Shown: piece after piece, positions 41,095 to 52,540 of the stretch
Numbering within the stretch: the first letter of the stretch is position 1
Layout: each line of letters begins with the position of its first letter
DNA from: an uncultured archaeon
GTDB lineage: Archaea > Asgardarchaeota > Lokiarchaeia > Sigyniarchaeales > SOKP01
Direction: 5' to 3'
NCBI GenBank assembly: GCA_964388035.1
Contig: CAYLZE010000009.1
Coordinates: 36,801 to 100,800 of the forward strand
Length of the DNA: 64,000 nt
Made by a program: the position numbers and the translations under genes
Notes under the pieces: generated by a model
Seen by the model: the letters and a program-made list of their open reading frames with translations, nothing else
Told to the model about the DNA's origin: nothing
The model's database searches: none

Positions 41095-42684
41095 GTGAAA
41101 AACATGGATAGAATACAATTAAAGTGGAAGAGTATTGGACACTTGTTAGAAGAAGCGGCACAAAAACATGGAGAAAAAGCACTTTTTATTTTTGAAGGTG
41201 AAAAACTGACATATTCAGAAGCAAATCTACAAGTGAATCGTGTTGCTAATGCCCTAAAGAATTTAGGGGTGAAAAAAAGTGATAAAGTTAGTATCATGCT
41301 CCCAAATGGGCTTGAATTTCCATTAACATGGTTAGCACTCGGAAAACTTGGAGCGGTAATGGTACCGACGAATATTCATTATAAACAGCATGATTTAGCC
41401 TACATTCTTAATAATTCGGAAGCCTCTTCAATCATTATTCATTCAGATTATTTACCTGAATTTGAGAAGACCAAAAAAGAAATTCCCGGAGTCAAAAATG
41501 CAATTGTTGTTGGGCAAGTACCAGATAAATATATTAGCTATCAAGAGATTATAAAAGATGCCTCAGATACGTTTACTATGGAGGATGTGAGTGAGAATGA
41601 TTTGATTAACATTCAATACACATCAGGAACCACGGGATTTCCTAAGGGATGCATGCTTACTCATCGTTATTGGTTAGTTTTCGGGGAGATTTCTTCGGGA
41701 TTTTTTGAAGCAGGTGTAGAAGATGTCGATTTGACTGCACAGCCATTCTATTACATGGATCCTCAATGGAATACCGTCCTTTGCATGATGAATGGAATTC
41801 CTTTGGTAATCTTAAACCGATTTTCTCCTTCTAAATTTTGGCAGGAGGTAAAAAAAAATAACGTTACTTTCTTCTACGTCATCGGCACAATGCCTTTTTA
41901 TCTACTAAAACAGGAACCTAATCCCGAACTGGAGCAAAATCATAAAGTGAAGTTTGTTTATTGTTCTGGAATCATTCCGCAATACCATAAAGTATTTGAA
42001 CAACGCTGGAAAGTTCCTTGGAGAGAGGCTTTCGGAATGACAGAGACAGGGGTGGATTTGGTGGTTCCCGTGGAAGATGAGGTATGCGTGGGAAGTGGGG
42101 CAATGGGTGCCCCAGTGCGCACCAAGGAGGCGATGGTAATAAATAAAAATTTTGAAGAAGTGCCCTTAGGAGAAGTCGGAGAATTAATTGTTAGGGGAGA
42201 TAAGACCATGGAAGGATATTGGAAAAATGAGGATGCTACGAAAAAGTTTTTTAGAGGAGGCTGGTGCCATACGGGGGATTTAGCATATAAAGATGAGAGG
42301 GGATATTATCATTGGGTCGGTCGAATAAAAGACATGATCCGCAGGACGGGAGAAAATATTTCTACCGTAGAAGTTGAGGGCGTCTTGATGGAAAATGACA
42401 AGATCAAGTTGGCAGCATGCGTGCCCGTACCAGATGAGCTTAGGGGTGAGGAAGTAAAAGCGTATATCGTCCTTCAAGATGGAGTGACTAAAGAAGACTT
42501 GCCCCCCGAGGAGATTATTGGATTTGCAAAGTCAAAACTTGCTTATTTTAAAGTACCGAGATATATAGAATATGCGGATGATTTGCCCAAAACACCTTCA
42601 GAGAAAGTAGCCAAACATAAACTTATCAAGGCAAAAAGTGATTTGCGTGCTGGGAGCTATGATGCATTAGAAAAAAAATGGTGA
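41095..42684 (+). CDS. Acyl-CoA synthetase (CaiC-like AMP-binding enzyme)
   Basis: YTSGTTGFPKG, FGMTE, HTGD, GENIS, LPKTPSEK. Confidence 0.92.
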   Translation: MKNMDRIQLKWKSIGHLLEEAAQKHGEKALFIFEGEKLTYSEANLQVNRVANALKNLGVKKSDKVSIMLPNGLEFPLTWLALGKLGAVMVPTNIHYKQHDLAYILNNSEASSIIIHSDYLPEFEKTKKEIPGVKNAIVVGQVPDKYISYQEIIKDASDTFTMEDVSENDLINIQYTSGTTGFPKGCMLTHRYWLVFGEISSGFFEAGVEDVDLTAQPFYYMDPQWNTVLCMMNGIPLVILNRFSPSKFWQEVKKNNVTFFYVIGTMPFYLLKQEPNPELEQNHKVKFVYCSGIIPQYHKVFEQRWKVPWREAFGMTETGVDLVVPVEDEVCVGSGAMGAPVRTKEAMVINKNFEEVPLGEVGELIVRGDKTMEGYWKNEDATKKFFRGGWCHTGDLAYKDERGYYHWVGRIKDMIRRTGENISTVEVEGVLMENDKIKLAACVPVPDELRGEEVKAYIVLQDGVTKEDLPPEEIIGFAKSKLAYFKVPRYIEYADDLPKTPSEKVAKHKLIKAKSDLRAGSYDALEKKW

Positions 42685-43026
42685 TAAAGTAAAATTATAA
42701 ATTGTTATTATTTTTTAATTGTTAATTTAAATTACTTTTTTTTTATATCTTTTTCTTAGCTGAATAGGAAAGATAAGCTTAAATTTTCCTCAATTTAATT
42801 TTCATATGATTCCATTATCTATTTTTCAATATCAATATTCTATTAGTAGGGCTCTATAAAGAATGTAAGCACTAGATTTGTACAAAATAAACGTTAGATC
42901 CATGAACTTTTAAGTTTTTTTAGATTTATCTACATAGATAAGATATAAGGGAAGTTTTTGTTTTTTCAATATTTATTATTCACTAACTAATACACTGGTG
43001 AAGAGAAAATACCTAATGTAGAACAC

Positions 43027-43359
43027 GTGGAATGGAAAAAATGTAAAAAATGTGGAACAATTCAAGATAAATCCCATTTGAGATGTTTCAAATGTAAGGG
43101 TAGTGCTTTCGAACTTATTAATGCTTCTGGAAAAGCTACACTTTTGACTTATACAATTTTAACTGCACCCCCTAAGGAATATATAGGGCGAAAATCTTAT
43201 GCATTAGGTATGGTCGCATTTGAAAATGGGGTGAAAGCCCTTGGACAGCTCCGTACTGAGAGGAATTTAAAAATAGGAATGGAAATGGAAATGAACTATG
43301 AAAAAATTTGTTTTGATGGTCAAGAAATTTATGCTCATATTTTTTATCCAAAAAGTTAA
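43027..43359 (+). CDS. DUF35 Zn-ribbon/OB-fold protein
   Basis: KCKKCG...CFKC, GKATLLTYT, LKIGMEM. Confidence 0.88.
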   Translation: MEWKKCKKCGTIQDKSHLRCFKCKGSAFELINASGKATLLTYTILTAPPKEYIGRKSYALGMVAFENGVKALGQLRTERNLKIGMEMEMNYEKICFDGQEIYAHIFYPKS

Positions 43360-43387
43360 TCAAATTATCATGAGTGGAGCAATATAA

Positions 43388-45064
43388 ATGTATTCTGATG
43401 ATTTAGTTAAGGAAATCGAAAAGGAAAGAAAAGAGTGGGAAAAAAATTATCTCTCAAAATTTGAAAAGAAGGGAGGTAATGAAGTTCCGTTTGAAACACT
43501 CTCGGGAATCCCTCTGAAAAATGTATATTCCCCTGAAGATAATAAGAATCTAAATTTTTTTGAAGATTTGGGCTTTCCAGGTGCTCCTCCCTTTACAAGA
43601 GGAGTGTATCCTAACATGTATAGGGGAAGGTTATGGACAATGAGGCAATATAGTGGATTCGCCGATGCATCTCAAACTAATGAGAGATTTAAGTATTTAC
43701 TATCACAAGGTCAGAAAGGCTTATCTATTGCTTTTGATTTGCCTTCTCAAATGGGATACGATTCCGATAGTCAAATTTGCGTGGGTGAAGTAGGTAAGAT
43801 TGGGGTGACCATCAATTCATTACAAGATTTTGAAAAAATCTTTGAAGGGATTCCATTGGATAAGGTATCTACAAGCATGACGATTAATGCTCCCACAGCT
43901 ATTTTATTAGCAATGTATATTGCAGTGGGTGAGAATCAGGGAGTAAAACCTGAAGAATTGAGGGGAACAGTTCAAAATGATATTCTAAAAGAATATGTTG
44001 CACGTGGAACTTATATTTATCCTCCTGAACCATCACTCAAATTAGTGGCAGATGTAATTGAATACTGTTCGAAATATTTGCCTAACATGAATACTATTAG
44101 TATTAGTGGATATCACATGAGAGAAGCAGGCTGTACTGCCGTGCAAGAAGTTGCATTTACCTTAGCAGATGGCATAGCTTACGTGGAAGAAGTCCTCAAA
44201 AGAGGTTTGGATGTGGATGAATTTGCCTCCAGATTGTCCTTTTTTTTCGCTTGCCATAATTATTTCTTTGAAGAAGTTGCTAAATTCAGAACGGCAAGAA
44301 GATTATGGGCGAAAATAATGAAGAATCGATTCCACGCTAAGAATCTTGATTCCATGAAACTCAGGTTTCACACTCAAACTGCTGGAGTCACTCTCACGGC
44401 TCAGCAGCCAAACGTTAATATAATAAGGACTACCATGCAAGCTTTAGCCGCAGTTTTAGGAGGTACACAATCATTACATGTATGTGGTGCAGATGAAGCA
44501 TTAGCCCTTCCTACAGAGGACTCCGTACGTCTCTCTTTACGCACACAACAAGTTTTAGCCCATGAATCAGGAGTTACGGATGTTGTGGATCCCCTGGGAG
44601 GATCCTTTTATATTGAATACTTAACTTCAAAATTAGAAGAAGAGGCTGAAAACTATATCGCTAAGATTGATGAAATGGGTGGAATGGTGAAAGCCATCGA
44701 AAAAGGATTTATTCAAAGAGAAATTCAAAATAATGCTTATTCCGAACAAAGAAAAATAGAAGAGGGCGTGATTAAAAGAATTGGAGTGAATACCTTTTGC
44801 ATGGAAGAGCAATGTACCATGGAGACCTTTAAATATGACGAGAGAGCGGAAAAAGAAATTTTCGCTTCCTTACAAGATTTAAAGAGAAATCGAGATAATG
44901 TCCTTGTTGAAAGCACCTTACAAGAAATTAAAAAAGCGGCCAATAATTCCCAAAATATCATGCCTTCTATTATTCAAGCGGTAAAAGCTTATGCAACCAT
45001 TCAAGAAATAAGCGACACATTAAGAGACATTTTTGGTAAATATGAAAGTGCTCAAGTATTTTAA
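43388..45064 (+). CDS. Methylmalonyl-CoA mutase, substrate-binding (large) subunit
   Basis: [16 protein letters not shown] (Tyr), [24 protein letters not shown]; no B12-binding domain. Confidence 0.93.
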   Translation: MYSDDLVKEIEKERKEWEKNYLSKFEKKGGNEVPFETLSGIPLKNVYSPEDNKNLNFFEDLGFPGAPPFTRGVYPNMYRGRLWTMRQYSGFADASQTNERFKYLLSQGQKGLSIAFDLPSQMGYDSDSQICVGEVGKIGVTINSLQDFEKIFEGIPLDKVSTSMTINAPTAILLAMYIAVGENQGVKPEELRGTVQNDILKEYVARGTYIYPPEPSLKLVADVIEYCSKYLPNMNTISISGYHMREAGCTAVQEVAFTLADGIAYVEEVLKRGLDVDEFASRLSFFFACHNYFFEEVAKFRTARRLWAKIMKNRFHAKNLDSMKLRFHTQTAGVTLTAQQPNVNIIRTTMQALAAVLGGTQSLHVCGADEALALPTEDSVRLSLRTQQVLAHESGVTDVVDPLGGSFYIEYLTSKLEEEAENYIAKIDEMGGMVKAIEKGFIQREIQNNAYSEQRKIEEGVIKRIGVNTFCMEEQCTMETFKYDERAEKEIFASLQDLKRNRDNVLVESTLQEIKKAANNSQNIMPSIIQAVKAYATIQEISDTLRDIFGKYESAQVF

Positions 45065-45486
45065 AATAAAATATCATCAACAAGGGAGGTCTTGTTTCCA
45101 CTTCGAATTTCCCTCTTTATATTTATATTCTTAAATAATCAAAATAAAATTCGATTAAATATGCAAAAGTTCTAATGAATAACTTCACTAAATTATTCAT
45201 TTGGTAAATAGAGATAAGCTGATAGATATTCTGATGCATTTAAAATTGGATTTATATTTTATAAAAAAATGTGATATTTTTCCGAAATTAATTTCTTTCC
45301 TTAAATTTCTTAATAAAAATGAAAAAGGGCATAATAAGAGAGCATTCACTAATTCTTTAAGAAAGAATAGTTATCTTCCCAAAAATTAAGGAATTTATAA
45401 AGATAGTCACCATTTATTTATTTTCTATTCACTTATAGAATATTGAATTTAAAAATTAGCAAATAACAGAAAAACAAGGTATTTCT

Positions 45487-46077
45487 ATGAAATTAAGAAT
45501 TCCATTAAGCAGTATCTCGGGAATCTTGGTTATCATCTTTTATTGCGTTTTTACGTTTACGGCAGTCGCATTGTTTCCCCCGCCTTTCAGTCCTATTCAC
45601 AATTATCTAAGCGATTTAGGTAATTCAACTTACAGCCCCCAAGGTGCCATTTTTTACAATATTGGATGCATTCTTACTGGAGCAACATTATTTCCTTTTT
45701 TTATTGGCCTGTATAAATGGTTTCGAGACGAAACGTGGCATAAAATTCTGATGATTGTAATTATAATTATCGGATGTTATTCAGGTTTAGCATTAATCAT
45801 GATAGGAGTATTTAATGAAGATTTCCTTGCCCAACATATTTACTGGTCGAATGTATTTTTCTTTTTAAATCTCATTGTCTTGATTTTAACTAGTATTGCC
45901 TTATATACACATCTTGGTTTTATTAAAATAATTGCATTTTATGGAATCATCGTAGCTATAATAAATCTGCTTTTCGTATTCGTAATCGGTTCATCAATCT
46001 TAGAGTGGTTCACGGTTTTCACTGCTTTAGGCTTCGTTGCTTTAATCGTCTATAACATGTATAAAATTTTTAAATAA
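45487..46077 (+). CDS. DUF998-like membrane protein
   Basis: FSPIHNYLSDLG, IGVFNED...H, ILEW; about 6 TM helices. Confidence 0.75.
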   Translation: MKLRIPLSSISGILVIIFYCVFTFTAVALFPPPFSPIHNYLSDLGNSTYSPQGAIFYNIGCILTGATLFPFFIGLYKWFRDETWHKILMIVIIIIGCYSGLALIMIGVFNEDFLAQHIYWSNVFFFLNLIVLILTSIALYTHLGFIKIIAFYGIIVAIINLLFVFVIGSSILEWFTVFTALGFVALIVYNMYKIFK

Positions 46078-46198
46078 TTATTATTTTTTTAATCTTCTTT
46101 TTCCTTAAGAATATACGTTCAAAAGTTAAGTTTTTTTGATCGTAAAAATTTAAAATCATCAAGAATAGTTAATCATGTTCTCACGGTAAGTCCAAATC

Positions 46199-47524
46199 GT
46201 GCAAAATAAATACATTTTTAATTTAATTGGTGCCAGTTTATTATGGAGTCTTATTCCCGTAATTGTAACTAATTTATTTAAGGAAATCTCATTGCTTACG
46301 ATTCTATTTTTGAGATTTTTAATGGCTGGTCTTTTTTTCTTGTTTCTTTCTTTTATTTTCATTTATTTTAACAATAAGCGTGCTAAAAGTCCAGAGATGA
46401 AAATTTTAATAAGAAATCTCTTCAAACACATGAAACTAAGGAATAAAAAATTTTTCAATTTAAAATTCGTTTATTATTATTTATGTTTAGGATTCTTTGG
46501 AATTATCCTTCAGGTGATTTTTTATTTCTTGTCCTTAAAAGAAACAACAATTGCTTTTACAATGACGGGATATCAAATTACAATAATTATCGTTGCTTTT
46601 TATGAACATGGTGTAAAATCGGAAAGATTAGACTTCTTCAAGGTTCTATATTTACTCGTTTTAATTTTCTGCATAGCAATCATTAGTTATGTTTATCTTC
46701 AACTTTCTAATCCCCAAGCTACATCTATTTCGATGACGGGATTCTTTTATGTGCTATTAATGGCAGCATGCATGGCTTTTTTGCAGCTTTCCATGGGAAA
46801 AGAATCATATACTAAAGAAGAAATTGATTTTGCAAATCGTAATAGGAATTTTAAATTAGTAAAATTATTATTTAAAATCTCGCTCGTATTCTTAATCGGA
46901 ATATTGACCCTATTTCCTTTTCTATTTTGTATTTACATTTTCCCCATACCAACAGTACTGTCTGTAGAATTAACGAAATTCTTATATGAAATTACTATAC
47001 TCCCCTCCATTCTTTTTAGATGGGAAATTTTATTTTTAATTTTTTTTAGTACCGTGATTCCATACCTTTTATTTTTTATTGCCAGTGTAAATTGGCATTC
47101 TTATTTCCTTACTTTCTCTCAATGGGAAAGTATCCTATCCTTGATAGAACCTATTGGAGGCATTTTATTTGGCGTATTATTAATAGGTCAATATTTTCCT
47201 ACTGACTTTTTAATTATTGTTCTGTTTCTATTAGGAATAAGCATTCTTTTCCGCTTTGCCCATGAATCGAGAAATAAGATAAATGCTCTATTACTAGTAA
47301 ATCAAAAACCCGGAATGCCTAAATCAATCCCATTAAAACTATTAAAATTAAGTGGTATTCATAGGGTGGATTCATTAATAGGAACTAATGACTATTTACT
47401 CAATGTAAAAACTAGTTCTATTAAGGAATTATATTATTTAATTGACTCGGAATTGAAAAAAATAGAGGGAATTAAAGTTAAGGAAATTTTATTTATTAAT
47501 AAAATCAACAAATTAACAAGTTAA
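46199..47524 (+). CDS. DMT/EamA-family transporter fused to a C-terminal Lrp/AsnC ligand-binding (RAM) domain
   Basis: ASLLWS, STVIPYLLF, SLIEPIGGILFG EamA motifs; tail VDSLIGTNDYLLNV...LKKIEGI. Confidence 0.8.
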   Translation: MQNKYIFNLIGASLLWSLIPVIVTNLFKEISLLTILFLRFLMAGLFFLFLSFIFIYFNNKRAKSPEMKILIRNLFKHMKLRNKKFFNLKFVYYYLCLGFFGIILQVIFYFLSLKETTIAFTMTGYQITIIIVAFYEHGVKSERLDFFKVLYLLVLIFCIAIISYVYLQLSNPQATSISMTGFFYVLLMAACMAFLQLSMGKESYTKEEIDFANRNRNFKLVKLLFKISLVFLIGILTLFPFLFCIYIFPIPTVLSVELTKFLYEITILPSILFRWEILFLIFFSTVIPYLLFFIASVNWHSYFLTFSQWESILSLIEPIGGILFGVLLIGQYFPTDFLIIVLFLLGISILFRFAHESRNKINALLLVNQKPGMPKSIPLKLLKLSGIHRVDSLIGTNDYLLNVKTSSIKELYYLIDSELKKIEGIKVKEILFINKINKLTS

Positions 47525-47560
47525 TACCAAATTGCTTTAATTACAACTCAAGATGATAGT

Positions 47561-47806
47561 ATGACCTTAACCGCTTTAATATTTTGCAAAATTGAACATA
47601 AAGCTATGAAAAATGTTATCGAAAAGTTAAGAGAAATCCCCCAAATTACCAAAGTTCTATCCTTAACAGGAGATTATGACATTTTAGCAGAATTAAATGT
47701 AGATTCCACGGATAATCTTTATGACGTGTTTGAAACTAAAATAGATCCCATAGAGGGTATGATTAGTACAAATACTCATATGGTTATGAAATCATGGGAA
47801 AAGTGA
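47561..47806 (+). CDS. Stand-alone Lrp/AsnC ligand-binding (RAM) domain protein
   Basis: SLTGDYDILAEL...IEGMISTNTHMV; no HTH. Confidence 0.88.
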   Translation: MTLTALIFCKIEHKAMKNVIEKLREIPQITKVLSLTGDYDILAELNVDSTDNLYDVFETKIDPIEGMISTNTHMVMKSWEK

Positions 47807-48031
47807 GGTTCTTAAAGAATAGCTTTAGATCACCGAATAAGATTTTTTAGCTTGAAGAAATTAGCATTTTTTTTCTTTTGTTATTTATTAATCAATTTTT
47901 CTCGTAAATACAAAAAAAAAAACATTATTTTAAGAACATAATTGATGCATGATGTTTTTTTATTTTTTTCCACATACTCTCCTTTATTAAATTTAACCTC
48001 GTAACTAAATATATTGAAAAGTTAAAGTTAA

Positions 48032-48877
48032 TTGAGAAAGATTCACATGAAAAAGGAAGATTTAAAATATACTGTTGCTGTATTGACAGGAGCAAGTGGG
48101 GGTATTGGTACTCAAGTCGCTCAATTACTCGACAAACAAGGAGTATTACTCTCATTGGCAGACATTAATTTGAGTGCCCTTAAGTTATTAGCGAAAACTC
48201 TTAATCAAACACCGCTAATAGTATCTTGCGATATAACTAATTTAGAACAAGTTAAACAGCTTTATGTTAAAACTTTAGAAAAGTATGGTAGAATTGATTT
48301 TTTAATAAATACCGTGGGAATAATCATTCCAGGATTATTTAAGAACGCTACATATGAAGATATTGAAAAACAAGTTAACGTGAATTTATTGGGCACCATC
48401 CACAGTACTAAAGAAATAATTCCTATAATGAAAAAAGCAGGAAAAGGGCATATTATTACAATTTCCTCTTTAGCGGGGATAGTACCTGAAACCTACAGTT
48501 CCATTTATACTGCTACGAAATTTGCTTTACGAGGGTTAAATTGGACGTTATATTTTGAATTAAAAAAAGAAAATATTAAAGTATCCACAATTTTTCCTGA
48601 TTCTGTCGATACTCCGATGCTTGAATTTGAGGCAAAACATGGGGGTTCTCCCTTAACTTTTCTCCATGATCCAGTTCCTCCAAAAGATGTGGCAGAAGCG
48701 ATATTAAAAGCGATAATTAAAGAAAAAATTGAAGTTTGTGTGCCTCCCATGGAAGGAATTCTTTCTAAAATAATCATGTGCTTACCCAGCCAAGTAAAAC
48801 GGCTATGGCCTAAATATGAAAAAAAGGGAGCTATTAAACGGGAAGAATTCCTCAGGAATATTGATTTGAATAAATAA
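48032..48877 (+). CDS. Short-chain dehydrogenase/reductase
   Basis: TGASGGIG, SSLAG, YTATK. Confidence 0.9.
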   Translation: MRKIHMKKEDLKYTVAVLTGASGGIGTQVAQLLDKQGVLLSLADINLSALKLLAKTLNQTPLIVSCDITNLEQVKQLYVKTLEKYGRIDFLINTVGIIIPGLFKNATYEDIEKQVNVNLLGTIHSTKEIIPIMKKAGKGHIITISSLAGIVPETYSSIYTATKFALRGLNWTLYFELKKENIKVSTIFPDSVDTPMLEFEAKHGGSPLTFLHDPVPPKDVAEAILKAIIKEKIEVCVPPMEGILSKIIMCLPSQVKRLWPKYEKKGAIKREEFLRNIDLNK

Positions 48878-49194
48878 TAACACCTAATTTATTATCTTAA
48901 TGTAAAATTATTCCTATCTAGGAATTAGGAGAATATACCGAAAAAAAAGAGAAAAACAACAGAATCGCCTTTTAAATTAATTTATGATCGTTTTTAAGAT
49001 TTTTTGCCTTTATGGAATCATTTTACACTTTTTCCTTTTTTTTAGCTTCTGAAACATCAATGAAAAAAACCATACAAATTAAACCAAAATGTCAAATTTC
49101 TTTATTAAATTATATCCTTTCTATCAGGTATTTTATTTAATATTAAAAGAATTATTAAGTTCATTCATTTTTATTTGAAACATGGTAATATAGA

Positions 49195-50097
49195 TTGACA
49201 AGTGAAAATATTAGCAAAGATGATCAGATGATTGGTAAAGTAGTGATGATTACCGGTGCCAATTCAGGAATAGGCAAAGAAACGGCAAGAGTATTAGCCG
49301 AAATGGGAGCATCAATAGTCATGCTCTGTCGTAATAGAGAACGAGGGCAAGCTGCACTTCAAGAACTCAGGGAAAGTACACACTCCAACAATATTGAGTT
49401 AATTATCGGGGATCTTGCTGATCCCGATTCAATTCGTGAAGCAGTATCTGAATTCAAGGCAAGGTATAAAAAACTTCACGTGTTGATAAATAATGCCGGC
49501 TTAACACAAAGTAATCGGAAATTAACTCCTTCGGGATACGAGATGCAATTTGCTGTTAACCATTTAGGGCACTTTCTATTGACAACCTTGCTATTGGACA
49601 CTTTAAAAGAGTCGGCTCCCTCAAGGATTATTAATGTATCTTCATCGGCGCACAGACTTGCGAACTTTAATTTTGATGATATAAATCAAATTGATAAATA
49701 CAGGGGATTTCGAGCATATGGGAATTCAAAATTAGCTAATTTATGGTTTACATATGAGCTTGCCCGGAGACTTGAAGGAACGGGTGTTACAGTTAATGCA
49801 CTTCATCCGGGATTCGTACGTTCCAATTTTGGAAAAGGAAGAAGAAACATTTTTATAAAAGGTCTATTTAAATTTGCAAGATTGCTCTTTTCCATAAGTG
49901 TAGAAGATGGTGCAAAAACATCGATTTATCTTGCAGGCTCACCGGAGGTTGAAGGGGTAAACGGAAAATACTTCGTGAAAGCTAAACCAGTAAAATCGTC
50001 TGATGAATCATACGATCAAGAATCTCAGAAGAGATTATGGGAATTAAGCGAAAAAATATTTAAAGAAGAAAGCGTAGTTACAAAGAGTCCGAATTAA
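49195..50097 (+). CDS. SDR, retinol-dehydrogenase (RDH12)-like
   Basis: TGANSGIG, NNAG, NHLGHFLLT, YGNSK, HPG. Confidence 0.92.
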   Translation: MTSENISKDDQMIGKVVMITGANSGIGKETARVLAEMGASIVMLCRNRERGQAALQELRESTHSNNIELIIGDLADPDSIREAVSEFKARYKKLHVLINNAGLTQSNRKLTPSGYEMQFAVNHLGHFLLTTLLLDTLKESAPSRIINVSSSAHRLANFNFDDINQIDKYRGFRAYGNSKLANLWFTYELARRLEGTGVTVNALHPGFVRSNFGKGRRNIFIKGLFKFARLLFSISVEDGAKTSIYLAGSPEVEGVNGKYFVKAKPVKSSDESYDQESQKRLWELSEKIFKEESVVTKSPN

Positions 50098-50397
50098 AAA
50101 TTTATTATGCAGCGATATGGCTTAAATTGAATAATTATTTAAATGCTAAGAGAATGGTACCGAGAGATAATAGAAGCGATTTGGAGTGGAATAATCAAGA
50201 AACTTTTTATAATTCCTTATTAAATAACCATTTCGTTGAAATTTTAGTACTTAATTAACGCTTTTTTTATTTTTCTATATTTTTTTATGTTTAGATTTTT
50301 AATATCAGATTTATTCTTTAATTTTAGTTCTTTCATGAAAATTTTAAATTTGTTATAGAGATGTTACGAATTTCTTTCTTGATGAAATGCTACAGAT

Positions 50398-51336
50398 ATG
50401 AACATTAGAGAAAAATTTGTAGGAGGAATGATTGGAAGTGCCCTTGGAGATTGTATTGGAGAAATCGCTTTTACGGTGAATGATAAGGCTAAATTAAAGA
50501 AAATTATTGATTCTAAACAAGAAATTACCTACACTGACGATACTGCAATGGCAATTGGATTGGCAGAATCCATTATTGCAAACAAAGGAAAAATCAAATC
50601 AGAACATTTGGGGAAAGTTTTTCATAAAAATTTTTTATCCGAACCCTACAGAGGATATGCTATGGGACCTCCATCAATATTTTACCAAGTAGAACAAACG
50701 GGTCAACAATATGAAACAATAGCTCAACAGCTCTTCGAAGGGAAAGGATCTTTTGGAAATGGCGCCTCAATGAGAATTGCTCCTTTAGGCTTATTTTTTC
50801 ACGATAATCCCCATATTTATGAAATATCAGAACAGTCTGCAATCGTAACTCATGCGCATCCCTTGGGAATCGAAGGGGCTGCTGTTCTCGCAAAAGCCAT
50901 TGGTCTTGTTGTTGAATTAGATCCTGAAATAAGTAATAGTACCGTCGAGAGAGATCAATATCTTGACCTATTAATTTCCTATTCAAAAACTGAACAATTC
51001 AAGGAGAAACTCTATTTAGTTAAAGATTTATTAAAGGAAGAAAAAAAATTACAGGTTTGTGCCAAGCAATTGGGAGCAAATGTAGAGGCTTTGAAGTCCG
51101 TACCTTTTTCTATTTTATCATTTCTTAGAAATTCGTGCAATTTTGAAGATTGTTTATTGGATACAGTTTTAGTTAGTGGAGATCGTGACACGATTGGAGC
51201 CATGGTGGGAGCACTGCTAGGAGCATACTTGGGAATTCAAAAAATTGCCAATCATTGGATTGAAAAACTCGAAAATCGAGCATATATTGAGAGTCTTTCC
51301 CTCCAATTAGTCGAACTTAAAAAGGATGAACATTAA
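50398..51336 (+). CDS. ADP-ribosylglycohydrolase (DraG/ARH3 family)
   Basis: GSALGD, YTDDT, GNGASMR, THAH, GDRDT. Confidence 0.92.
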   Translation: MNIREKFVGGMIGSALGDCIGEIAFTVNDKAKLKKIIDSKQEITYTDDTAMAIGLAESIIANKGKIKSEHLGKVFHKNFLSEPYRGYAMGPPSIFYQVEQTGQQYETIAQQLFEGKGSFGNGASMRIAPLGLFFHDNPHIYEISEQSAIVTHAHPLGIEGAAVLAKAIGLVVELDPEISNSTVERDQYLDLLISYSKTEQFKEKLYLVKDLLKEEKKLQVCAKQLGANVEALKSVPFSILSFLRNSCNFEDCLLDTVLVSGDRDTIGAMVGALLGAYLGIQKIANHWIEKLENRAYIESLSLQLVELKKDEH

Positions 51337-51395
51337 CTTCTTTATTATTCAAATGGAAGAAGAAACTTTCTAATAGTTGTTCTTTTTTTATTAAT

Positions 51396-51787
51396 TCAGA
51401 AAAATGTTACTTTATCCTGTTTATCTTTTGGAATTTCGCACGTTCCAATTACTTTACATCCAATTATGGGCTTGTTTAAAACATGGGCGCTCGACTCATT
51501 AATATCTGATCTATCTTGAATGGTCTTTTTTGCCATAAATCGCATATTTCACGAAGTATCTCCTTGTTCAATGATCTCTCCTTCTATCATAAGGTAATCT
51601 CCAGGTGAACAAGAGTTAAAAATACCGTCTTATCATATGTCCTAAGATGATCTTCATCTCCATCATTTCGAATCAAGAGTTCCATTGCCATATCTCCAAA
51701 TAATTCAAGAATCTTACTTCCATCCACGTTATTACTTCCATAATGAACATCGCATAAATTTATACTCACAATACGGACAGATTTCAT
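51396..51787 (-). pseudogene. Degenerate second copy of 3-aminobutyryl-CoA ammonia-lyase (kal)
   Basis: [18 protein letters not shown]...; shares nucleotide blocks with 54359-54763 (ATCTCCAAATAATTCAAGAATCTT); frameshifted, tail GTCEIPKDKQ in another frame. Confidence 0.88.
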
Positions 51788-52193
51788 GCTTTATGCTTTT
51801 TTAAATTTCGATAAAGCTAAAGATTTCTTGCAAGAATAAATAAAAATAGAACATAAAATTAACTAGCTAAAATTTCCGTGATCCTTACCACTTCATTTAC
51901 TTTTATAGAATATTAATTAATAAGATGGATAAAATTCAATACTATAACTATAATAAATCTATGAATGTATCTTTTATTACTCCTTAAAATTCCCAAAATC
52001 GAGTAAATCGGAAAGCTTAAAAATTAATTTGGCTCAATGCTCTTTAAGTAATTATGATAGGAATAATACTCCACTTTATCTTTATTTTTTCACTAACTGG
52101 ATTAATAAATTATTATACTCAAGATTTAAAACCCATTTAGCCCTTTTAATTATATTCTATAACACGTGATAATTAAAAAAGAGGGAAAATATA

Positions 52194-52334
52194 ATGGCTA
52201 AATATGAATGTACGATGTGCGGCTGGATTTATGATGAAGATGAAGAAGGAGTAAAATTTGAAGATCAACCCGATGATTACGTTTGTCCGGTTTGTGGTGC
52301 ATCTAAAGACCAGTTTGAAAAGATAGAAGATTAA
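52194..52334 (+). CDS. Rubredoxin (46 aa; missing from the ORF track)
   Basis: [46 protein letters not shown]. Confidence 0.93.
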   Translation: MAKYECTMCGWIYDEDEEGVKFEDQPDDYVCPVCGASKDQFEKIED

Positions 52335-52540
52335 TTACTTGAGTGGTAAAAAATGATTTGATTCTTTGATTTCTTTTTTTCAAGTAATGATTAGTCCCTA
52401 TTAATGATAATTTTTAAATAAAAAGGACACTATTACTTGAATAAATCGTATACTCCTAAAAAGCTAAAACACTTAGAAATTTTGATTTCCATTTTTTCTG
52501 TTATAAATACAAGAAAGTAATAAATTCAGACTGAAAGGCA

